Assembly: GCF_964213995.1 (NCBI RefSeq)
Contig: NC_135805.1
Coordinates: 74,090,001-74,154,000 of the forward strand
Origin: Mustelus asterias
Taxonomy: Eukaryota
Direction: 5' to 3'
Length of the DNA: 64,000 bases
The notes under the pieces were generated by a model. The model ran no database searches. It worked only from the letters and a program-made list of their open reading frames with translations, and was not told the origin of the DNA. Shown piece by piece: positions 47,110 through 60,754 of this stretch. Numbering within the stretch: the stretch's first letter is position 1; each line of letters opens with the position of its first letter. A program made the position numbers and the translations under genes.

Positions 47110-47405
47110 TGGGAGGAAGTGGTATTGTCGCTGGACTAGTAATCTAGAGACCCAGAGTAATGCTCTGGGGACTTGGGTTCAAATCCCACATGGCAGTTGG
47201 CCATGAAACCATTGTCAATTGTTGTAAAAACCCATCTGGATCACTAATGTCCTTTAGGGACATCCTTACCCGGTCTGGCCTACATGTGACTCCAGACCCA
47301 CAGCAATGTGGTTGGCTCTTAAATGTCCTGTGAAAATTAGGGATGGGGCAATAAATGCTGGCGCAGCCAGTGACACCCACAACCCCAAACGAATAGGAAA
47401 AAAAA
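47110..47405 (+). mobile_element. SacSINE1/DeuSINE-like tRNA-derived SINE (internally deleted)
   Basis: gtggtattgtcgctggactagtaatc...gggttcaaatccc; aaaacccatctggatcactaatgtcctttaggga; tail shared with LINEs at 450-1035 and 50500-51642. Confidence 0.75.
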
Positions 47406-47894
47406 TGGCATTTCATTTGAAAATTGAAAGAAATGTTTTGTTGCATGAATGACTGCTAATTAATTGAACATCCAAACTCCATCTGAGCATGGACCAAGGT
47501 CATTGCTGTAGATTGTGTGAACATTTTATTCTGGCAGATATGTGGCTCACCAGCATGATATACTGAAAGGTACAGTACTCCATAATTTCAGTTCAGAACA
47601 TGGGAGAAATCCAGATAAGGCCTAAACAAAGAACATCGTTTTCCAAATCTTGATTCCACAAACGCTGATAGCACTGGGTTCGGGTTCAAGGTTTCACCAC
47701 CTGCTCTGGTTTAAGTATTTTAAATGTTGTTGCTGATGTGGTCTTCAAGTTGGAATTACCATGTCTATTCTTAAGAAAAACCAAAAACAGGTTCCAATAA
47801 CTACAGACCAATGTACGGATTATCAATTCTGCAACATGTTGTGATAACCATAATGAATGTGAACTTTTTGCAGCATGTCAGTCTAGTTGGATCA

Positions 47895-48885
47895 CATATC
47901 TAAGCTATTTGGCACAGATCAGGCCATTCAGCCCAACTAGTGCATGTTGGTGTTTATACTCCAGTCGGACCTCCTCCCATTTTTCCTCATCTAAATCTAC
48001 CATTAATTATGTATTCCCTTTCCCCTCCATTTGTTTGTCTAGCTTTCCCTCAAATGCATCTCTAGTCTTCCCATTAACAGCCCCCTGTGGTAGTGAGTTC
48101 CTCCTTCTCACCACTCTTTCGGTAGAGAACTTCTTCTGAATTCCCTTTTGGGTTTTTAGGGACTATCGTCTATTGATGACCTCAGCTAGAATTTCCCCAG
48201 TGGAAACATTCTCTCTGTATCAACTCTATTTAAAACCTTTCATAATTTGAAAGACTCCTGTTAGGCCACCCTCCATCCTTTTTCCCAAGATAAAGCAGCT
48301 CTGCTTGTTCATCCTTTCTTGATATTTATGTCCATGTATTTCTGGTACCATCCTTGAAAATCTCTGCATCACCTCCAGTGTCTCTATCCTTTTTAATATA
48401 TGGCGACCTGAACTGCATGTTGTACTTTATGTGTGGCCTAACCAAAGTTAGTACAGGCTCAACATAAACCTTCCTACTTTAGAATAAAGCCATGTGTTTG
48501 GTTTGCTTTTATTGGCCTTGCTAATCTGTGGCCCAATTTATTGATGTGATTGAATACTTTGATCTCCCTTTGTTCCTCTACCCCATCTAGACTCTAACAA
48601 GTGGAGGTGATGGCCGAGTGATATTATCACTAGATTATTAATCCAGAAACTCGGCTAATGTTCCGGGGAGCAGGATTCGAATCCTGCCACGGCAGGTGGT
48701 GGCATTTGAATTCAATAAGAAATATCTAGACTCTCGCCAACTGGAAATGAACCTCCCTATTCTTCCTACCATATTGTACTACTACACATTTATCTGTGTT
48801 GAACTATATTTGCCAATTATTTGCCCATGCTGCAAGATTGTTAATGTCCTCCTGCAATTTGTTGCCATCCTCCTCAGTATTTGTC
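47895..48885 (-). mobile_element. Old CR1 fragment containing a short SINE head (48596-48723, +)
   Basis: Reverse CR1 3' end; SINE head flanked by 11-bp TSD atctagactct. Confidence 0.7.
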
Positions 48886-49944
48886 CCCCAGGGTACAGAA
48901 CAAATAAGTTGACATGTCAGCACCTGTTACAAGTGAAATGATTTTTTCTATTGGCATGAAGTAGAACTAATAATGCTAAATGTTCCAAGAACATTTGATT
49001 AAAGTAAGTAGCTGGTGCTTTTAGTTTGGACTTGAATTTTGTCAAAGGATGCTAACTAATTTCGGATGTTCGTTGTGAAGAAAATAGATTTTCTTCTGTT
49101 TTGCTCTGTATATTGACACATTAACTTGCAGAAAAAATTAAAGTTGGTTTAATCCTGTTCCTTAGATGAAGTTGGCAGACCACAGCAATTCAAATATGAC
49201 AATTCAAAAAGCTAATTTTAATCCTTGGATAAATTAACAGCTTTTAAATGGGGATAAATGTATTGTTAACTAAGCCTGATTTCAAAGCTGATGGTAAAGG
49301 TGTTGGCTTAGTCATTAGAGTTGCAGGTTAGCTATTATTCTGAGTGTTTGCCATTGGTGAAATGATCGTCTGGTTCAAAGTTTATATTTGCAATGTTGGC
49401 TTTTGAAAGAATGCGCAATTCGGAGAACTGACAAAGCCAAAGTGTTTTGGCTTGTTCTCAGCCTTGCAGGAAAAGAAAATTGTAATATTGACTCATTCTA
49501 CTGAATTTATTCTACATTTTTTCATTATCAGGCATCACTTAAGACCTATATTGATTATTCTTCATTGCCCTTAAGGTACTGGTGTATCACCATCTGGAAC
49601 TGCAGTGCAGTGAAATTACTCCTACAGTGCTGTTAAATAGTTCCAGTATTTTGAATTGGTGACAATATGTACAGCAACATGTCCCAGTCACAAGGGCCTG
49701 TGACTTGGAGTGGAATGTGGGGTTGGCGTCTTTGTTTACATTCATTTGTTGGATTCGGTTGTCATTGGCAAGGCCAATTTATTGCCCATTGTTAGGATTA
49801 ATGTAGTGATCATAACTTTTAGGGTCATAGAATCAAAGAATAGTTACAGCACAGAACAGATGTGACAAAATTTCACATTTTAAGACTTACTGCAATAAAC
49901 TCAAATCCACATCAATTGAACATAATAGGCCACTAATACATAAA

Positions 49945-50197
49945 CTCTCCCCTCCCACCACCCCCCTGCATTTACCATGGCTAATTCACCTAGCCTATGC
50001 ATCTTTGGACATTATGGGGCAATTTAGCATAGCCAATCCACCTAACCTGCTCATCTTTGAACTGTCGGAGGATACAGGCGCACCTGGAGGAAACCATGCA
50101 GACACGGGGAGAATATGCAAACTCAACACAGTCACCCAAGGCCGAAATCGAACCCAGGTCCCTGATGTTGTGAAGCAGCCAACCACCGTGCTACCCA
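49945..50197 (-). mobile_element. HE1-type SINE
   Basis: ggtagcacggtgg A box, ggttcgatttc B box, V-domain. Confidence 0.82.
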
Positions 50198-50499
50198 TAT
50201 GATCCCTAACTTCCGGACACAACCTAAACCCCATGCCAAGTTTAAACAATAACATTGATCTTCACAGAATTCTAGGTTTTACAGAAACCAAAAAGCTAGT
50301 TTTGTTGTTTCATCATATTTGGTGACCATAGAAAAGTAATTTCCCTCAGTCTTCTGAGAATCGATGAACTGACCTCCAGCAGCAAGGTCCATTTTGGTTT
50401 CTCTTGGCTGTTCCAGAGCGAATCTTCTAGTGTCCTTGAATCTCTGTAGATTCCGTCTCTTTGACCAAAGAGCAAGTCCTGCCACCAATTCAACCTGGT

Positions 50500-51642
50500 A
50501 GCTAACAGCCATTATGCCATGTGCAAAAGCTGGCAACTCCATGACAACCAGGTCAGGCAGAACTTGTCCAGCAACTGAGAATCTAACCATCTCCCTTTGG
50601 AATTCAATTGCATTACAATTGCTGAATTCACCACCATCAATACTCTGGGGGGGGAGGTTACCGTTGCCCAGAAATGGAACTGGACCAACTATATAAATAC
50701 TATGGCAGGACAGAGACTGGGGATTCTGAGGCGACTATCTTGCCTTCTGACTCCCAAAGCCTGCCCACCATCTACAAGGCACAAGATGGGAGTACAATGG
50801 AATACTGTCCACTTGCCTGGATGAGTGCAGCTCCAACAACACTCGAGATGCTCAATACCATCCAGAACAAAGTAACCTGCTCGATTGGTACCCCATCCAC
50901 TACCATAAACATTCACTCTCTTCTCACATGCCTCAGAATTCCTAGCCTCGAACCTGCTTATAGCCACAGCATTTATGTGGCTGGTCCAGTTCAGCTTCTG
51001 TCAATGATCATTCCCAGGATGTTGATAATGAGGATTTAGTGAAGATGATGCCATTGAATGTCAAGGGGTGATGGTTATATTCTCAGTTGTTGCAGATGAT
51101 TGTTGCCTGGCAGGAGGGTTACTTCTCATCGGTCCAAGCTGGATTTGTTCCCCAGATCTTCCTGTATGTGGGAATGGATTGTTTGTGTTTGAACAATAGC
51201 AAATCATACAGAACACCAGTGGAATCATGAATGAACATCCCCACTTTGACCTTTTGATGGAGGGGAGGTTGTTGATTAATGTAATGTTGGTTAATGCATT
51301 GTGTACCATCTGCAAGATGCACTGCAGCAACTTGTCAAGGTTCCTTTACCAGCACCTCCCAAACCCATGACCGCGATTACCTGGAAAAACAAGGGCTATC
51401 GAGGCATCTGAACACCACCTGGAAGGTCCTGTCCAAGTTGCACACCACCCTGACCGGAAATTACATTGCCGTTTGTTCATTCTCTTGGGACAAAACACTG
51501 GAACTCCTTCCCTATCAGTGCTGTGGGTGTACCTACAGCTGTTCGAGAAGGCAGCTCACCGCCATCTTCTGAGGAGCAATTGGAGATGCGCAATGAATGT
51601 TGGCCTGGCTAATGACTCTCTGACCCCATGAACAAATAAAAA
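50500..51642 (+). mobile_element. CR1/L2-group LINE 3' part with an oppositely oriented related piece at ~50930-51290
   Basis: AGQRLGILRRL, TIYKAQ..S.MEYCPLAWMSAAPTTL on +; INNLPSI...VGMF on -; Deu-type tail. Confidence 0.7.
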
Positions 51643-51691
51643 GGTGATGGTGCCACATAAGGGCTGCAAGTTAGCTGTCATTTAAATATGT

Positions 51692-51863
51692 AAGAAGTCT
51701 CACAGCACCAGGTTAAAATCCAACAGGTTTACTTGGAATCATGAGCTTTTGGAACGCTCCTCCTTCATTAGGTGAGTGGAGAGGTAGATTCACAAACACA
51801 GCATATATAGGCAAATACACAATTGCAAGATGATTACAGATTGGAATGTGAAGAATGGTGGAA
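51692..51863 (-). mobile_element. Penelope-like pLTR fragment
   Basis: Same terminal sequence as 8155 onward; 14-bp TSD tcatttaaatatgt at 51678-51691 and 51864-51877; hammerhead core mutated. Confidence 0.82.
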
Positions 51864-52560
51864 TCATTTAAATATGTGCTATTGATAAAATCAACATTGT
51901 TCCAATGTTATGTCTGCAATAAATTGTGAAAATGTACTTTAAGAATTTTACACCAATTTTGAACATAGAGCTAACTAATCTCTGATTCATTCTAAATTTT
52001 GAACCAGCAGAAGAAAACTATAACATAGCAAGATCAATTCTATTTAAATTTGCTGGCTGGCTATTCAATTAAGATTATTGGTCCTGTAGGGATGTTTGGA
52101 TCCTGCACACTATTTCTTTCATGAGATCTAGTGGGATCCCAATGACCTGGTTCCAGACATTTTGTGAACTTATACTCCCACTATACATAATTTAAATACA
52201 GTGACTTTCTGCCTTTGACCTTGTGCCATGAAAACTGAAGTAAAGTGACTTTGATGAAGTCAAAGTTCAATCAATTAGTGCAATGTGGTAATTGCTTAAT
52301 GCTCACCCAATCTTTTAAAAAAAATATTGACTGGTACTAGAAGGTTTTACATAATGTGAAAGCATGTGACTGGAATTCTTGAGATAAGTTCATCTACAGG
52401 TAAACAATAAGTACCAGAGGTGTCACTCTGTTTGTGAAGCAGTCTTTGAGTCACAAGGTTATGTTATTACAGGCCTTGCATACGGATGACAAGAAACTGG
52501 AATCGAAAGCAATTTACTGAACACCGAAGGAAAAAGTAATCTGCTTTTAAATACTCTACC

Positions 52561-52610
52561 ATGGAGACTAAAGATTTGAAAAAAGAGAGAAGACCAGGTT
52601 ATTTTGCCAG
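52561..52610 (+). CDS. NCOA7: NCOA7 (nuclear receptor coactivator 7, OXR1/TLDc family) first coding exon, METKDLKKERRPGYFA(R); exon probably starts at 52473
   Basis: Kozak accATGG, upstream in-frame TAA, donor CAG|GTAATT after 50 nt (phase 2), acceptor ttattacag| at 52472; peptide resembles the human NCOA7 N-terminus as recalled (MDTKEEKKERKQSYFAR). The rest of the gene was not found in the window. Confidence 0.85.
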
Positions 52611-53849
52611 GTAATTTGTTGCATACTGTACTTGGGTTTATTTAAACCAGAAACAGAACATTATGAAAAATAATTATAGAACTGCTTCTGAGTTGACATG
52701 TCCCTGCTTCGAGGGGATAAAATGCAGATGAGATAAGCTTTGCTGACCACAACCTCAAGTAGGTACAAAAGGTAATAAATACTGTATGTTTTGTATGGTC
52801 CAACTAATGAGATTGGTATTTAATGGAATGCAGTGACAAATGTGTCATCAGTTATATTGTTGGGGGGGTTATTTTTTTTCTCTATGTTTTGCATCTAAGT
52901 TTTTAGGTCACCTTCGTGCTGAAGGCCAATGACTTTGTTGGTGATTGCAAGATTTTCCTTTTTTTGGAATTAAATAACTCTAGGACAGACACATTATGGA
53001 AAAAAATCCATGCAGTGTATCTGTGATTCATAATAATGCCTTACCTCCAATCTTTGAAAGATTTTCCCACATAAACAGCTTTGCTGAGAGCAATTGCCTT
53101 TTAATTTTCCCTTTTTAAAAAAAATGTTTTTAAGCATTGCTAAGTTCTGGACCCTTGTCCACTATGAAGCAATTTTTAACATTGATATACCACTGGATGC
53201 ATCAGTACAAACATTAGAAGAAATTTATGAAACCAAGTACATGCAGCATCATACATAAAATAATCCCCGGAAATAGAACTTTGCTTTTATATTTCTAGGA
53301 GTTCCATAAATATTAGATACTATTTTGTGTTGTTGCACCCAACCAACCGGCTGTTTAGTATTTATGTCGGACATGTTTAAAAGCAGTGGGATAACTGGAC
53401 CAAGAATGAGGGGGGAAATAATGACTGGAATTATCTGGCTGTTCATGCCAGTGGGATTCTCTGGCTCTGCTGCAGAAAATGGGGATTTGGCTAAGTGCCA
53501 AATTCTCTGTCCTCGCTCGCAGTGGTGGCGGCGGGGTGTGAACGGCTGCAGAATTCTGTCCCATGAGGATAAAATCTGAGGAGAATTTGGAAATCTCGGG
53601 TCATTAGAAAGCAATAAAAAGCTGCACCGGACTGTGCCAGGCTATTTTCTTATTGAGTGGAGGGTGAGCTACCACTTTGTGAGACAAAGAAATAGCTCTA
53701 GATTTGTTCATGGTGTTTTGGATTTGCTCTCAAGTTTGTGCTCAGTGGCAGAAGTATGGTGTAGTTTCTTTTCTGTGGGAATGGTGATGGATAGGATGGA
53801 CTGAGACTAAATTATCCTGCACTACAACTGAGAAGATAGCAGGACCCCT

Positions 53850-55440
53850 TTGTGTTGAGGTAGTGTTGGGTAAGCAAATGGGGCTAAAGGTAGACCAGTC
53901 TCCTGGCCTTGATGGAATGCATCCCAGGGTACTAAGAGAAGGCAGGGGAAATAGCAAATGCACTAGTGGTAATTTACCAAAATTCACTGGACTCTGGGGT
54001 GGTTCCCGCAGATTGGAAAACAGCAAATGTGCTGCCACTGTTTAAAAAAGGAGGTAAACAAAAGGCGGGTAACTATAGGCCGGTTAGCTTAACTTCTGTA
54101 GTAGGGAAAATGCTTGAATCTATCATCAAGGAAGAAATAGCGAGACATCTGGATATAATTTGTCCCATTGATAAGATGCAGCATGGATTCATGAAGGGCA
54201 GGTCAAGTTTGACTAATTTGGTGGAATTCTTTGAAAACATTACATGCGCAGTAGACAATGAGGAACCTGTGGATGTGGTGTATCTGGATTTCCAAAAGGC
54301 ATTTGACAAGTTGCTGCACCAAAGACTGCTACATAAGATAAAGGTGCACGGTGTTAGCATGGATAGAGGATTGGTTAACTAACAGAGCAAAGAGTGGGGG
54401 TAAATGGGTGTTTTTCTGGTTGGCGATCAGTGGCTAGTGGTGTGCCTCAGGGATCAGTGTTGGGACCACAATTGTTTACAATTTACATAGATGATTTGGA
54501 GTTGGGGACCAAGTGTACTGTGTCAAAATTCGCAGATGACACTAAGATGAATGTGCAAAGGACGCTGAAAGTCTGCAAAGGGATATAGATAGTTTAAATG
54601 AGTGGGTGAGGGTCTGGCAGATGGAGTACAATGTTGGTAAATGTGAGGTCATCCATTTTAGTAGGAATAACAGCAAAATGGACTATTATTTAAATGGTAA
54701 ATTGCATCATGCTGCTGTGCAGAGGGACCTGGGTGTCCTTGTGCAAGGGTCACAAGGAGTTGGTTTGCAGGTGCAGCAGGTAATTAAGAAGGCAAATGGA
54801 ATTTTGTCTTTCATTGCTAGAGGGATGGAGTTTAAAAACAGCGAGGTTATGTTGCAGCTGTATAGGGTGCTGGTGAGGCGACACCTGGACTACAGTGTAC
54901 AGTTTTGGTCTCCTTACTTGAGAAAGGATATACTGACACTGGAAGGGGTGCAGAGGAGATTCACTAGGTTGATTCTGGAGTTGAGAGGGTTAGCTTATGA
55001 GGAGAGACTGAGTAAACTGGGGCTATACTCATTGGAATTCAGAAGAATGAGGGGAGAACTTATAGAAACATATAAGATTATGAAGAGAATAGATAAGATA
55101 GAAGCAGGGAAATTGTTTCCACTGGCGGGTGAAACTAGAACGAGGGGGTATGGCCTCAAAATAAGGGGGAGCAGATTTAGGACTGAGTTGAGGAGGAACT
55201 TCTTCACACAAAGGGTTGTGAATCTGTGGAATTTCCTGCCCAGTGAAGCAGTTGAGGCTACCTCATTGAATGTTTTTAAGGCAAGGATAGATACATTTTT
55301 AAACAGTAAAGGAATTAAGGGTTATGGTGAGCAGGCGGGTAAGTGGAGCCGAGTCCTCAAAAAGATCAGCCATGATCTTCTTGAATGGCGGAGCAGTCTC
55401 GAGGGGCCAGATGGCCTACACTTGCTTCTAGTTCTTATGT
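53850..55440 (+). mobile_element. CR1 LINE (frameshifted RT)
   Basis: ORFs 53863..54045, 53966..54382, 54394..54588 (FADDT), 54606..55460. Confidence 0.93.
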
Positions 55441-56249
55441 CCTTGGTAGGCATACGTTGAGTCCTTGTTGAAAGTTGCCCTGCTTGAAGTTGTTCCACTT
55501 TAAAGTCACATTTTTTAAAGCTGATATTCCTGATTTGCATCTTCAATTTCAATTTGACATTCATTTGTATATTTTCCATTCTTGTTTTGCATCATGGTGT
55601 TTCATTGATGTGACATTGGGTCCTGTGACCCAATTGATGCCATTCTGAAGTGAGTGTGAACACTTGCATTTTAGGGAACTGTGATTTTTTTTTCCTCCAA
55701 AATACTTTGAAGCAAAGTTTGCAACAAAGAATATCCAAGCCAACAAGTTTTTTTGCAAGGTAGAAGTTGAAGCCTACGTTGCTCATTTCATGTGCAGTAA
55801 AAGGCCTATTTCTTGACTGCAAGTTGATAATTTTGGAGTCGCGGGGTCTTTGCTGTGGCTAAAAATGTGTTGGGAAATTGCAGCAGGTCTAGCAGCATCT
55901 GTGGAGCGAGAAATAGAGTTAACATTTCAAGTCCAATGCTCCAGCATCAATGTTTTGCTTTTGTCTGCTGTGGAGCTTTACATCAGGTGAGGCAGAGAAG
56001 ACATTTTTAAAGTATCAGTAATGTAAGAGAATGGCATTTGTTACCGTACACAGGTAAAATTGTTTTCCTTGTCTTGGAGCTTGATTAAGTGAAAAATACA
56101 ACCTGCACTACTTACCCTTCAGGTGCCTGACTCTGCAATTGTATTTACTTGGGAGTCCCCAAGTCTCAACTGGTGAACCAGCGGGGAATTTGCTGAAGGT
56201 GGCAAATCAATGTTTCGATCAGCAACGTGATAATCGCTCAAAGCCACAT

Positions 56250-56830
56250 GCGAGTTAGGAGCAGGAGTAGGCCATTCGGCCTCTTAAGCCTACTCTGCAA
56301 GATCATGGCTGGTCTGATTGTGGCCTCAACTACACATTCCACCTACCCCTGATAATCTTTGACTCCCTTGCTGATCAAAACTCTATCTACCTCTGCCTTA
56401 AAAATATTCATTGACGTTGCCTCCATCTTGCTCTGGGGAAGAGTTCCAAAGATTCGCAACTCTGAGAGAAAAAATTCTCCTAATGGGGCCCATTATTTTT
56501 AAACCGTGCCCCTTAGTTGTAGTCTGCACTGAAATACTTTAGGGATGTGCTCAAGCATCTCTGAAGAGGTTAAGCATCTCCATCGACTCCTGGTAACCTA
56601 CCAAAATGGCAGAAGATCATTCAGGAAGGCACTGAACTCACATTTTGGGAACATGTGGAGGCAAAGTCAAAGGCGGTGGAGAGAGTGCAAAAACCGCTAA
56701 GCAACTTGTCTCACTGATCCTCTAAGGAACACCTAACCCACATGTGGCAGAATCTGCAGACTTATCAGGCATCTCGGAACCCTTCTAAATGGAGTGGAAG
56801 CCAGTCGTTCCCAAACCTGAGGAACTGCCA
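56250..56830. mobile_element. CR1 3' fragment (-, ~56250-56520) and RTE 3' remnant (+, ~56525-56830)
   Basis: Reverse CR1 tail; F.DVLK.SLK...I..DSW and CP.CGR.C zinc-finger-like RTE end. Confidence 0.6.
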
Positions 56831-57463
56831 AAGAAGAACAGGTGCAGTATTATCAAATTTGAATTTATATGGTTTTTATATTTAGTGATTTATTTTTGTT
56901 TGCTACTTAGCTCAAATAGGGATGCACATTATTACACATGTATGATATGGTATTTCAACTTGTATATTGGTTTTTCAGTGAGAAATGTCTGAAGGACCCT
57001 AACTTGTGTTTTAAAATTGATTCTGTGATCCACTTAAATTTGTTTCACTTAAAGTCACTATTTTCAAGAACACAAAACAACTTTGTGAGGTGAGGCCATA
57101 ATCAGATCAGCCGTGGTCTTATTAAATGGTGGCAAAATGACCGATTTTTAAAATTCTTATGTAGAGCTTGCTGTATGGAATTTGGATGACGTTATTACAT
57201 TACATCTTCAAATAGTCTGGTTAGAATTAGAGGAACTGGTATGTTTATACTATATGTCAGTGAGAAAGCGAGGGAGAGGAAAACATTTTCAGGCAAATTG
57301 CAGAAAGATACACTAACTGGGGGAAATAACAGCGTAAAGGCAAAGAAGAGTTGGAATTCCCGAAAGATATGCAAGAGCACTTTTTTAATATGCCTCAAAC
57401 CTAACAAGGAAGGAAGCAGTGCTGAATCTATTTTTGGGGAATAAAGTAGGACAAGTAAGAAAA

Positions 57464-58985
57464 ATGGCAGATGGAGTTTAATGCAGACAAGTGTGAGGTA
57501 TTGCACTTTGGAAGGACAAACCAAGGTAGAATGTACAAAGTAAATGGTAGGACACTGAAGAGTGCAGTAGAACAGAGGGATCTGGGAATGCAGATACATT
57601 CCCTAAAAGTGGTGTCACAGGTAGATAGGGTCGTAAAGAGTGCTTTTGGTACATTGGCCTTTATAAATCAAAGTATTGAGTATAAGAGTTGGAATGTTGT
57701 AGTGAGGTTGTATAAGACATTAGTGAGGCTGAATTTAGAGTATTGTGTGCAGTTTTGGCCACCTAATTACAGGAAGGATATTAATAAGGTTGAAAGAGTG
57801 TAGAGAAGGTTTACAAGGTTATTGCCGGGACTTGAGAAACTGAATTACAGAGAAAGGCTGAATAGGTGAGGACTTTATTCCCTGGAGCGTAGAAGAATGA
57901 GGGGAGATTTGATAGAGGTGTATAAAATTATGATGGGTATAGATAGTGAATGCAAGCAGGCTTTTTCCACTGAGGCTAGGGGAGAAAAAAACTAGAGGAC
58001 ATGGGTTAAGGGTGAAGGGGGAAAAGTTTAAAGGGAATATTAGGGGGGGCTTCTTCACACAGAGAGTGGTGGGAGTGTGGAATGAGCTGCCAGGTGAGGT
58101 GGTGAATGTGGGTTCACTTTTAACATTTAAGAAAAACTTGGACAGGTACATGGATGAGAGGGGTGTGGAGGGATATGGTCCAGGTGCAGGTCAGTGGAAC
58201 TATGCAGAAAAATGGTTCGGCACAGCCACGAAGGACCAAAAGGCCTGTTTCTGTGCTGTAATGTTCTATGGTTCTAACTGAAGCATGTTTAGTGGGAGAG
58301 AATTTGGCAATCGTCAGTAGGTATAGATTAGTTATTGCAAAGGATAAAGAAAAATCAAATGTCCGTATAATTCAATGGGAGAGGGGCTAATTTTATTAAG
58401 TTGAAAAGATTTCTGGCCCAGATGGAAGGCCTTTAAACAGGACTGTGGTGAGACTACGTTGAATGTGTAGTTTTGGTCTCCATATTTGAGGAAGGAAATA
58501 CTTGCACTGGAGGTGGTATAATGCAGGTTCACTAGATTAGTCCCTGGGATGAGAGGGTTGTTCTATAAAACGCTGAGTAAATTGAGCTTGTACTCTGCAT
58601 TTAGAAACATGAGAAGTGATTTCATTGAAACTTACAAGATTCTGACGGGGCTTGATAGGGAAGATACTGAGAAGTTGTTTTTCTTGGGGAATCTGGAACA
58701 CAGTCTCAGGATAAGGGACCAATCGGTTCAAATTGAGAGGAGGAGGAATTTCTTCATTCAAAGGGTTGTGAATCTTTGGAATTCTCTAATCATAAAGGTT
58801 GTGGATGCTCCATTGTTGCATTTATTCTCGGCTGTGATAGACAGATTTTTAGTGTCTCTGGGAATCGAGCAGTATGGGGAGTGGGCATGACACTGGGGTT
58901 ATGACCAATGATTAGCCATGATTGTATTGAATAGCAGTGGGCTTGAGGTCCCTTATGGTCATCTGTTCCTATTATATTGTTCTGT
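57464..58985 (+). mobile_element. Two tandem CR1 3' fragments (57464-58277 and 58455-58985)
   Basis: ORFs 57471..57803, 57946..58281, 58549..58890. Confidence 0.88.
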
Positions 58986-59249
58986 CCTAAACCAGGAGGT
59001 AGTTTGGCTATGCTCTGGATAGCAACATTCCCAAGAAGGCATTCAAAGCCGATGCTTCCTGGGTGACTAAATATATGAAGATTAACATGAACAGAAAAAG
59101 GAAGTCGACAGTAAATGCAATGTCAGTGAAAAACCAAGCTGAACACTAGAAGTACACTGAGGAACTGAAAAAAAACAAATAAAAGGGGAAAAGAGAGCAT
59201 GAGAATAGATTAGTTGATAACCTAAAAAGGAACTCAAAAGCCTTGTATA

Positions 59250-60750
59250 ATTTGATTTATTATTGTCATATGTATTAGTATACAGTGAAAAGTATTGTTT
59301 CTTGTGCGCTATACAGACAAAGCATGCCGTTCATAGAGAAGTAAACGAGTGAGTGTAGAATGTAGTGTTAGAGTCATAGCTACGGTAGAGAGAAAGATGA
59401 ACTTAATCGAGAGAGATCCATTCAAAAATCTAATGGCAGCTGGGAATAAGTTGTCCTTGAGTCGGTTGGTATGTGACTTCCGACTTTTGCGTCTTTTTCC
59501 CGACGGAAAAAGATGGAAGAGAATATGTCAGGGGTGCGTGGGATCCTTAATTATGCTGGCTGCTTTGCCACGGCAGTGGAAGTATGCCATCATCTCACGT
59601 GAGAACACCATCCACCAGGTACACGGTACATACTCTTGCAACTCGGCCAACGTTGTCTACCTGATACGCTGCAGGAAAGGATGTCCCGAGGCATGGAACA
59701 TTGGGGAGACCATGCAGACGCTACGACAATGGATGAATGAACACCGCTCGACAATCATCTCTTCCTGTTGGGGAACACTTCAGCGGTCACAGGCATTCGG
59801 CCTCTGATTTTCGGGTAAGCATTCTCCAAGGTGGCCTTCATGACACACGATGACGCAGAGTCGCTGAGCAGAGACTGATAGCCAAGTTCCACACACATGA
59901 GGACGGCCTCAACCGGGATCTTGGGTTCATGTCACACTACCTGTAACCCCCATGACTTGCCTGGGCTTGCAAAATCTCACTAACTGTCCTGTCTGGAGAC
60001 AATACACAGCTCTTTAACCTGAGCTTAACGCTCTCTCCACTCACATTGTACCTTTACGAATGATTACCTGTAAAGACTTGCATTCCAGCCATTATTTTGT
60101 AAATTGAGTTTGTGTCTTTATATGCCCTATTTGTGAATAGAACTCCCACTCACCTGACGAAGGGTCAGCGCTCCGAAAGCTAGTGGATTTTGCTACCAAA
60201 TAAACTGTTGGACTTTAACCTTGTGTTGTGAGACTTCTTACAGCGGAAGTATAGACAGAGCAATAAATAGGAGGCTGGTTTGCGTGATGGATTGGGCTAT
60301 GTTCACGACCTTTTGTAGTTTCTTGCGGTCTTGGGCAGAACAAGAGTCATACCAAGTTGTGATACAACCAGAAAGAATGCTTTCTATGGTGCATCTATAA
60401 AAGTTGGTGACATGACAAATTTCCGTAGTCTTCTGAGAAAGTAGAGGCGTTGATGGGTTTTCTTAACTATAGTGTCAGCATGGGGGGACCAGGACAGGTT
60501 GTTGGTGATCTGGACACCTAAAAGCTTGAAGCTTTCGACTATTTCTACTTCGCCCCCGTTGATGTAGACAGGGGCATGTTCTCCACTACGCTTCCTGAAG
60601 TCGATGACAATCTCCTTCGTTTTGTTAATGTTGAGGGAGAGATTATTGTCGTCGCATCAGTTCACCAGATTTTCTATCTCATTCCTGTACTCTTGTCTCG
60701 TCATTGTTTGAGATCCGACCCACTACGGTGGTGTCATCCGTAAACTTGAA
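59250..60750 (-). mobile_element. Rex1/Babar-like LINE 3' region split by a Penelope-like element
   Basis: KFTDDTTVVG.IS at ~60750-60710(-), NNLSLNINKTKEIVIDFRK; (atttg)n tail. Confidence 0.78.
59586..60240 (+). mobile_element. Penelope-like element, GIY-YIG endonuclease remnant plus pLTR with hammerhead (60147-60185)
   Basis: YSCNSANVVYLIRCRKGCPEAW.IGET...LRQ.MNEHR; cac-CTGACGA-agggtcagcgctcc-GAAA-gc-TA-gtg; TSD cagtggaagtat / cagcggaagtat. Confidence 0.9.
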
Positions 60751-60754
60751 ATAT

